DNA of 64,000 nucleotides from Planctomycetia bacterium (GTDB lineage Bacteria; Planctomycetota; Planctomycetia; Pirellulales; Pirellulaceae): NCBI GenBank assembly GCA_031412515.1, contig JANODD010000147.1, positions 5,110 to 69,109 of the forward strand, read 5' to 3'. Shown piece by piece: positions 56,835 to 64,000 of this stretch (position 1 is its first letter; each line of letters starts with the position of its first letter). The notes under the pieces were generated by a model. It saw only the letters and a program-made list of their open reading frames with translations, ran no database searches and was not told where the DNA came from. The position numbers and the translations under genes were made by a program.

Positions 56835-59800
56835 TACTACGCGCTCGCGAAGCGGTTTCATTTAAGATCCGTTTCAGCACATCCGGTTGTATCGGCTTGG
56901 TTAGCCAACCGTCCATGCCCGCACTTAAGCACTTTTCAAGCGTACCGTCGAGCGCATGCGCGGTCATCGCATAGATAGGTACACGGCTCAGGCCGTTTTC
57001 GAATTCGCGAATAGCACTGGTTGCCTCAAGTCCATCCATTCCTGGCATTTCAAGATCCATGAAGATCAGATCGAAATCAGTTTGTCGATAGAACTCGATT
57101 GCTTCGGCGCCGGAACTCGCTACAGAACAGGTGTGACCAAGTATCTCGAGGATTCCAACAGCCACTTCTTGGTTTACCATCGCGTCGTCGGCAACGAGTA
57201 TTTTCAGTGGCTTTCGTGCTGACTGATTTTCGTTTCCAATGCGTGAACCTTGGGCATTCATGCCGAGTATGATCGCAACGAGTTCACGCGTCACAACGGG
57301 TTTCAAGAGACAATTTGTCGGATCGATATCGAGTTGGCTGACAAGCGAATCGGGCGAGTCGGGAGGCAATAAGGCAATCATGTTGAATGCCTTCATCAGA
57401 TCAACTTGCGACGAGAGAAGCCTCAGCGATTCGACGTCAACTCCGGCATCCAATATGATTATCTTTCGAGCTGTGTCAGTATTGTCTTGCTGGATTGCCT
57501 CCAGTGCATGCTCGGGAGACGAAAATCCGAAACAAGTCGCTCCAATGGACTCTAAGCCGATGGAGTACGAAGCTAGTGCGCTTTGAACTTGCGAGACGAG
57601 GTAGACCCTGAAATCTTTTAGCGATTGGCACACAACTTGTTTTTCTAGAGTTGCGATGAATGGGATTGCAACGTGGAAGATACTTCCTTTTCCAACTTCG
57701 CTTTCGACCCAGATTTTTCCGCCCATTAAGTCCACCAGCTCGGAAGTAATCGTCAGGCCGAGTCCTGTGCCTCCAAAGCGCCGCGTGGTCGAAGAATCGT
57801 TCTGCTGGAAGGATTCAAAAATGGCTTTATGGCGATCAGCAGGGATACCGGGTCCTGTGTCGTGAACGGCGATGTGCAACAATGGACTGGCCGTCGAGCC
57901 GTCGAGAAACGCGTGTAACCTGACTTCACCGTGATCGGTAAATTTGATTGCGTTGCCCACGAGGTTCACTGCGATTTGCCGTAAGCGTCCTGGGTCACCA
58001 TAAATGACGTCCGGGATGCTGGAATCGATGTTGCAGAGCAACTCCACTTTTTTATCGGCTGCATTGACGGACATTAGCTTTGTAGCATCCTCCAAAATTT
58101 CGGCAGGCGATATGGGAATATGCTCAAGCTCCATCTTGCCTGCTTCGACTTTGGAGAGGTCCAAGATGTCGTTGAGAAGGCCTAGCAGTGCATCGCCAGA
58201 GTTTTTAACAACATTGAGGTAGTTGCGCTGCTTTGCAGAAGGTCCAGACCGTAACGCCAAATCGGTCATTCCCAGAATTCCGTTCATTGGTGTTCGAATC
58301 TCGTGGCTCATAACCGCTAAGAAACGACTCTTCGCGGCATTCGCTGCTTCAGCGGCTTCTTTGGCTTCACGCAGTTGTTGTTGAGTTTGAATCAGTTCCG
58401 CTGCCGCTTGCTCAAGTTCCCTATTGGTTTTAACCAACTCATTGGCGCGAGCATGCGCAGTCGCAACCCCTTCAGCGACCCGTTCTTCAAGAGTTTCATT
58501 TAGCTTGGTCAATTGCCCGAAGCCGGCAGCATTCTCCAATGCGGCGCCAGCGATCGTCGCCACAAAGTCGGCAAGACGCTCCTCGTCGGCACCGAACATG
58601 TTTTGAACCTGGCTGTGCGTAACGCATAGGCAAGCTACCGTGCGTTCACGAAGTTTGATGGGAACACAAATTCCAGAACGAGAGTTTATATCGATGCTAT
58701 TTTGAGAATTTGACGAAGCCGAATCGATTTGGTCCGCCATCGAAATTGCACGACCGGCTTCTAAAGCAGCCTTTACAAGTCGCTTGTTAAAAGAATCTAA
58801 ATTCGAATCGGTCAGCGGAGCGCGGCCTTGCGCATCCAATTCAATCAAGACGCATGCTTCACCGCGTAGCAATCGAAAAGCAGCCCCTCGGGCCTCTTCA
58901 AAGATGAGGCTTGGTGTCAATGCGGAAGCGATTTGACGACCAGACTCGAGCACTCCATCAAACCGGTCTGCTAGTGAAAGGGATGTAGATTGACTAATTC
59001 CCATTCCCAGTGGATTCAGATCCTCGAGACGCGTTGTAATATGCTGCATCTCAAGTGCGTGTTCGTCTACGCCAGGAAGTTCCATCCACTTGGACAAACT
59101 AATCAGTTCTTTTAACGACTTCGAAAGCTCAAAGATCGCATCCTGTTCACGGGCAATCTTAGCACTCAAGGTCAAATGCTTGATGGCTGATTGCGTTCGT
59201 CCTTGGATGTTGTCGATAATCGCCAGCTCACGATAGGCACGAGGTAGGTCATTCTGACACAGTTTCGATTGACGTATCGCCAGCAGGGCCGCCCGCCGTC
59301 CGGCCTTGAGCGCTGCCCGAGTGGATTCGTTCGAATGAGCATGTGCACGAAGGGCTTGTTGTCGATATGCGGTCGCTAACCACGCCGATGCAGGAAGTGT
59401 GTAAGCGTTATGAATCCCGGATTTTCGCGCGATCGAATAAGCTTTCTTAAGTTCATCGATGGCTGAGGTCCAATTAGACTGATTGATGAAATCAATTCCT
59501 GCGGCAATGTGGACTTGGATTCTTCCTTGAGTATCGTTGCGGTGACGCTGGACTTCCTTTTGCAACAGTTGAGGTGGCAACGGAGATCGAACGGCGCGGG
59601 CCCAGACGTCCAATATGATTCCTGATGCTTGTTCATCGCCTAATTCAAGGCCTGATTCGCTATTGCGTCTTGACTCGACAATCGCTTGCTCAAATCGCCC
59701 TTGGTGGTACAGTGACGCAGCGACTTGATAGCGAGAAATGTGCACTTGCCAGTAATCGCCGGTTCGTTCCAACAAACGAATGGACTCGCGCCCTTTCTGA

Positions 59801-62709
59801 ATGCTCTCGTCAAATCGCGATGCGTAATAGAGAACGCAACTATAGTAGGAAAGCGTTTGTCCTTCTCCCCATACATCTTGAAACTGACGTCGAAGGGCTA
59901 GCGATTTTTCAGCGTATTGAATGGCTCTTGTAAACATTGGTATCAAGCTCACGACGGGAGCGTGCTCAGAGTAGGCTTGAGCAAGTTCCGGTGAAGGCGA
60001 ATACCTCTCAGCTAGATTCATCCCTTTTAAGTGAGCCCAAAGGCATTGGACTTTCGTTTTGCAGAACCAATAACCCTGCGTCAGTTTGCTATAAAGTGTT
60101 AACGCAAGACGTTCGGCTTCAGTGGGTGGTCGGCGGAATCGTTCGATAAAAACCTTGGGGAGAACCGTGTGAAGGACTTGGACGAGTGCCTCATACACGA
60201 GAAGAAAAAAGACGAGCGACACCCACTGAGGTACCACATTGTTCAGTGTTCGCATCGCTTGTTCGAATCCTTCCGTCGCAAGCTCAATGTTGCCTCGCTT
60301 AAAGTGCAGTTCAGCATGTTTGCTTTGCACCGTTGCACGTGCGAGCGTGCTGACGGCCAGATCCGAAGCTTGTAGAAAGTACACTTCCGCTTCGTTGTAG
60401 TTGCCTTGTAGCATAAGCGTCTCGGCAAGACCTTCGACGACTTCGAAACGCAATTCCGGAGCCACTCTTCCAAGCTCGCGAATCGCAATTCGATACTGCT
60501 GCTCAGCCATGTCGAGCGAAAATTGCGAGCGAGCTTTCTTCGCAGCTTCTAGCGCATAGAGAGTCGCTCGTTCAGGCGATAACGAGCGGCTGTAGTGGTA
60601 GGCGATCTGGGACAAGTTGTCAGGGACGACTCGTTCAAGATACTCAGCTGCCGCAAAATGAAGTGCTTTTCGCTCCAAGAGTGGCACTTGCACCAGCAAA
60701 GCCGTTCGGATTTGTTCATGCACGAAAGCATAGTCACCTCCATCGGCCCGAGTCCAAATGAGATGTCGCTCGCGTGCCTCCTCCAGCGCTGCAACGGCGG
60801 TCGCAGTCGTGCACTGCGACAGTTGGTCAACAGCGTCCAGGCTGAACTCACGTCCCAACACCGCACCCACACGCAATACGGCCAGCGTCTCTGCGGGCAG
60901 AAGTTGAATGCGGTGCGCCAGAATGCCGGCTGACTTTTGCGATGATTGGATGTTTGCGAGTGCCTTTGAATCCGCTTTCCACACTCCACCCGTTGACTGA
61001 AGTACTTTAGCTTCAACTAGTCCTCGAACTACCGCTGTCGCTACAAACGGATTGCCGTTGGCGATTCCTAGAACGGTATCAATCACATTTGCAGGTAATT
61101 TACCCGCCATGGACTCGATCAGTTTCTTGGTTCGCGCGTTGTCAAACCCAAGTAGAGTGATGCGGCGCTCCGGCTTTACTTGATTCAGCAGATATTCCGT
61201 GTTGGACTCGTCGCTTCGAAAGGAAACAACGAAGGTCGTGAAACGGTCTGCGTCCTTCGGTTGTCGCTCCCATCGCTTGATCAAGCGAAGAGTGAGCGAG
61301 TCCGCGTTATGACAATCATCCAAAAAGACCATGGTCGGACGGACTAGTTTTCCAATGAGCTCAAGGAAACGAGCTAAGGCTTCAATCGTATTGTTTTCGC
61401 GAAATGCCTCAGGGACAGCTTTCGTAGAGGTTTCAAGTCCAAACAATGAATTTAGCTTAGGTAGTGCGGCTACCAATGCATGGACCAGCACTCCCATATC
61501 TTCCTTGATCTTCTCGATGATCTCAGTGTTTCCTTCGATGCCGCTAGTCGCGTCGCTGATCAAGCCTTCCAGCATTGCCAAAGGTGCGCTTTCAACACTC
61601 GCTGAACCATGAGAACACAGTAGGAGCAAGCCTCGGTTGCGTGCAATCTTCATGGCTTCTACCAGCAGTCGACTTTTTCCACATCCGCCGTCACCCTGCA
61701 CAAAAACCAATGAACCATTGCCGGCGAGCGTGGAAGCACTTATGGCTTCCATATCCTCCAGTTCAGATGCCTGGGATAGATAGGCAGGTTCGGTCAAAGT
61801 AGTTCGTCGGTCTGTTGCACCGATTACCAAACATGTATCGCCACAAGCGTCCGGATCACGAATCGACTTGATGATTAACTGTAAATCTTCAGCCACTGCC
61901 GCCGCAGATTGATATCGATCTTGGGGATCCTTGCGCAGCAAACGTTGGATCAATTCATTGACTTCACGCGGTATCTCACTGTTGAAAGTTCGAATGTCTG
62001 GAACCGGTGCGGTCAGTTGTTCAAGCAGGAACTGGCTGCGGTTGGTTGCGAGAAACGGGGTGCGACCAGCAAGTCCTTCGAATAAAAGTACGCCTGCAGA
62101 ATAGAGATCCGATGGCCGTCCGATCTGATGGCCAATCGACCCGGCTTCCTCGGGGGACATATAAAGCAAACACCTATCCACTTCGCCGTTGCGCAGGTTT
62201 TGCGGTTCGCAGCGACCCGTTCCGCAGCCGAGAAGCTTAACTTTTCCACTGCTCTCTTCGATGACAACGTTTGTGGGATTTAAGTTTCGGTGAAGTAAGC
62301 CTGTGGAATGCAGGGCATCGAGTCCAGTAAAAACTTCTATTGCGACTTCTAGGCAGCTATCGACGTTGATCGGGCCACGTTTTACAAGCTCTTCAAAAGA
62401 TTGCCCAACGATATCCGGAAATACGATCAGTAATTTCTCACCCGATCGTGTGTATTCAAGGATCTTTGGAATGCCTTGGATATCCAATTTTGAAAGAACT
62501 TCTGCATCGTGATGCAAGCGCGCAAATATTCCTCTAGACATTTCGCGCGCGTCGAATTGTTTAATGACCACTCTGCGCGCGCTCGAAGAGTCGACACCGC
62601 GCATCGCTATGCAGCCTGCGATCGCGTCGTCAACTGAAAGGATGTCGTAAGCCCCCGTGAATGAGCAGTCACGCAGAACTTGTTGAAGGGCGAAGATGTC
62701 GAATGACAT
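56788..62709 (-). CDS. Giant hybrid sensor: pseudokinase - AAA/STAND NTPase - TPR - GAF - histidine kinase - two receivers
   Basis: LHRNLNPTN and KLLGCG (degenerate kinase motifs), YMSPEE, Walker A GDGGCGKS, Walker B VFLDDCH, H-box [18 protein letters not shown], receiver [12 protein letters not shown]. Confidence 0.92.
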
Positions 62710-63019
62710 AGCGGTTCATTGCTCGGTAATGAGGAGGTCATGTTCTTACGGCCATGTGGAAAATACGATCCAGATAAACATAGCTCGTAAGTACATGTCG
62801 TGAGTTGGCAAGAGTCCGCCGCCTGGCATGTTCAAAAGTGCACTCTACGTGGGTGATTAAATTAGAAAATCCGTTTCAACCGGAGCCGAGCTTCCGACAG
62901 ATTGGGTGTTTTTCAAGCGAATTGAATTGCGGCAAACCACACGCATGTCTAGAAAGTACGCAGTTGCCCCAAGTTGTAGAAAAACGCGTTACTGTTTCGA
63001 TTCGACTTAGGAGTTCTTC

Positions 63020-64000
63020 ATGCTGAAGTCTGTTAACCCAGTGGCTGTCTATCGGCTAGATGCAAAGTTCCTCGCAGGGATAGAAGAGTTCAAGCTGGCG
63101 CTGATTGCACTTGAACTAGAGATACCACACGACCGCGTCCCTGTTATTGGGGATACGTATCACAAGCGAACGCTCGAGGCGTTCCATAAATCTGTTGCTA
63201 TTTGCAAAGATTATGAGCAGGAAATAGGAGACGATAAAGCGTTCTTAACGCAAGTGCAGGAGTATTTTCGAACGGAGACCGACCCGTGGATGCGGCAAAG
63301 CTGGATTGGCAACCGAGCTCGTGCCAAGCCAAGCGGTTTCGCTGGTGATTTTGAAATGCTTATCAAGCTCTACGAGGAAACGACTCCTGCGACAGGCTTG
63401 GGAGGCTACCTTGACCTGTGCATTCTTGACCTTCCCCTTGCTCGAGCTGTTCGCAGTCGGCTGGCTGCTGCACGATCTTACTTGCTGAAAGAAATTGATC
63501 GCCGAGGGACAAGCGTTCGCATATTGGATATAGCGAGTGGTCCGTGCCGCGAGTATATCGATTGGCCGTGTCTTCAAAGTGACAAGCCAATTGAAGTAGT
63601 CGCGCTCGACAATGATCCGATCGCCATTGAATACGTCCAGAAGAATATTGCTGCCAAACTGGACGGTGCCACGAAGCTAAACGTAGTGCGTTACAACGCG
63701 CTTCGGACCCGTAACGCGAAAGCGACTGTCGAGAGGTTCGGACGGTTTGATATTATTTATAGTGTCGGACTGTTTGATTATCTCACTGACGAACACCTCA
63801 TTGGTATGTTCAGCGGACTGCGAGAATCGCTCACCGACAACGGATCGCTGTACATCGCGTTTAAGGATACACAGCGATACGAAAAGACTCCCTATCAGTG
63901 GCATCTGGATTGGTTCTTCTACCAGAGAACGGAGCAGGACGTTTTTGAGCTCTACCGAATGGCTGGATTTGATGTGAGTGGTATTCAGACGACTCGCGAT
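63020..64000 (+). CDS. Class I SAM-dependent methyltransferase, PhcB-like; partial, runs off the window; not in the ORF track
   Basis: AGGAG RBS then ATG at 63020; 327 open codons containing KPSGFAGDFEM, ARAVRSR, RILDIASGPCRE, ALDND, FDIIYSVGLFDYL, LDWFFYQR. Confidence 0.85.
   Translation, partial: MLKSVNPVAVYRLDAKFLAGIEEFKLALIALELEIPHDRVPVIGDTYHKRTLEAFHKSVAICKDYEQEIGDDKAFLTQVQEYFRTETDPWMRQSWIGNRARAKPSGFAGDFEMLIKLYEETTPATGLGGYLDLCILDLPLARAVRSRLAAARSYLLKEIDRRGTSVRILDIASGPCREYIDWPCLQSDKPIEVVALDNDPIAIEYVQKNIAAKLDGATKLNVVRYNALRTRNAKATVERFGRFDIIYSVGLFDYLTDEHLIGMFSGLRESLTDNGSLYIAFKDTQRYEKTPYQWHLDWFFYQRTEQDVFELYRMAGFDVSGIQTTRD

Noticed and set aside
59560-59660. Transmembrane sensor segment in the giant hybrid kinase
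   Set aside because: The hydrophobic stretch ([17 protein letters not shown] region and similar helices) lies within the helical TPR part and contains charged residues; coordinates approximate.

Overview
A 64-kb chromosomal window from a planctomycete, probably Pirellulales. This is inferred from a Planc_extracel-like leader (RRRLRFENLEFR), ECF sigma/Ser-Thr kinase pairing and planctomycete-style REP repeats. No rRNA, tRNA, CRISPR array, integrase or transposase was seen. From left to right: (1) 0-19.8 kb is a signalling and general-stress island with two hybrid histidine kinases, Hpt, an NtrC-type sigma54 activator, two receivers, an intact plus a 5'-truncated kaiB-like gene, DUF1328, CsbD, a YflT-like protein, an AI-2E transporter, a GH13 enzyme and five candidate sigma54 promoters. 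(2) 19.9-25.2 kb is an RND pump with two membrane-fusion proteins. (3) 25.6-31.0 kb is a type VII secretion-like locus with three WXG100-like helical proteins and an EssC/EccC-like FtsK ATPase. (4) 31.0-43.8 kb is a four-gene module: ECF sigma with a C-terminal extension, a membrane-anchored beta-helix adhesin, a Ser/Thr kinase and a CHAT caspase-like protease. (5) 44.0-51.4 kb is an incomplete Tad-like locus containing a pseudokinase. (6) 51.8-56.5 kb holds DUF11, HEAT/TPR and hypothetical genes. (7) 56.8-64 kb is a 1973-aa pseudokinase-AAA-TPR-GAF-histidine kinase-receiver hybrid, divergent from a PhcB-like SAM methyltransferase that is missing from the ORF track because it runs off the window. 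At least three dispersed REP-like repeat families occur between genes. The best leads are the ECF-adhesin-kinase-CHAT module, the PhcB-like/hybrid kinase pair and the diderm T7SS-like locus. All calls come from motif recognition by eye; no database searches were run.
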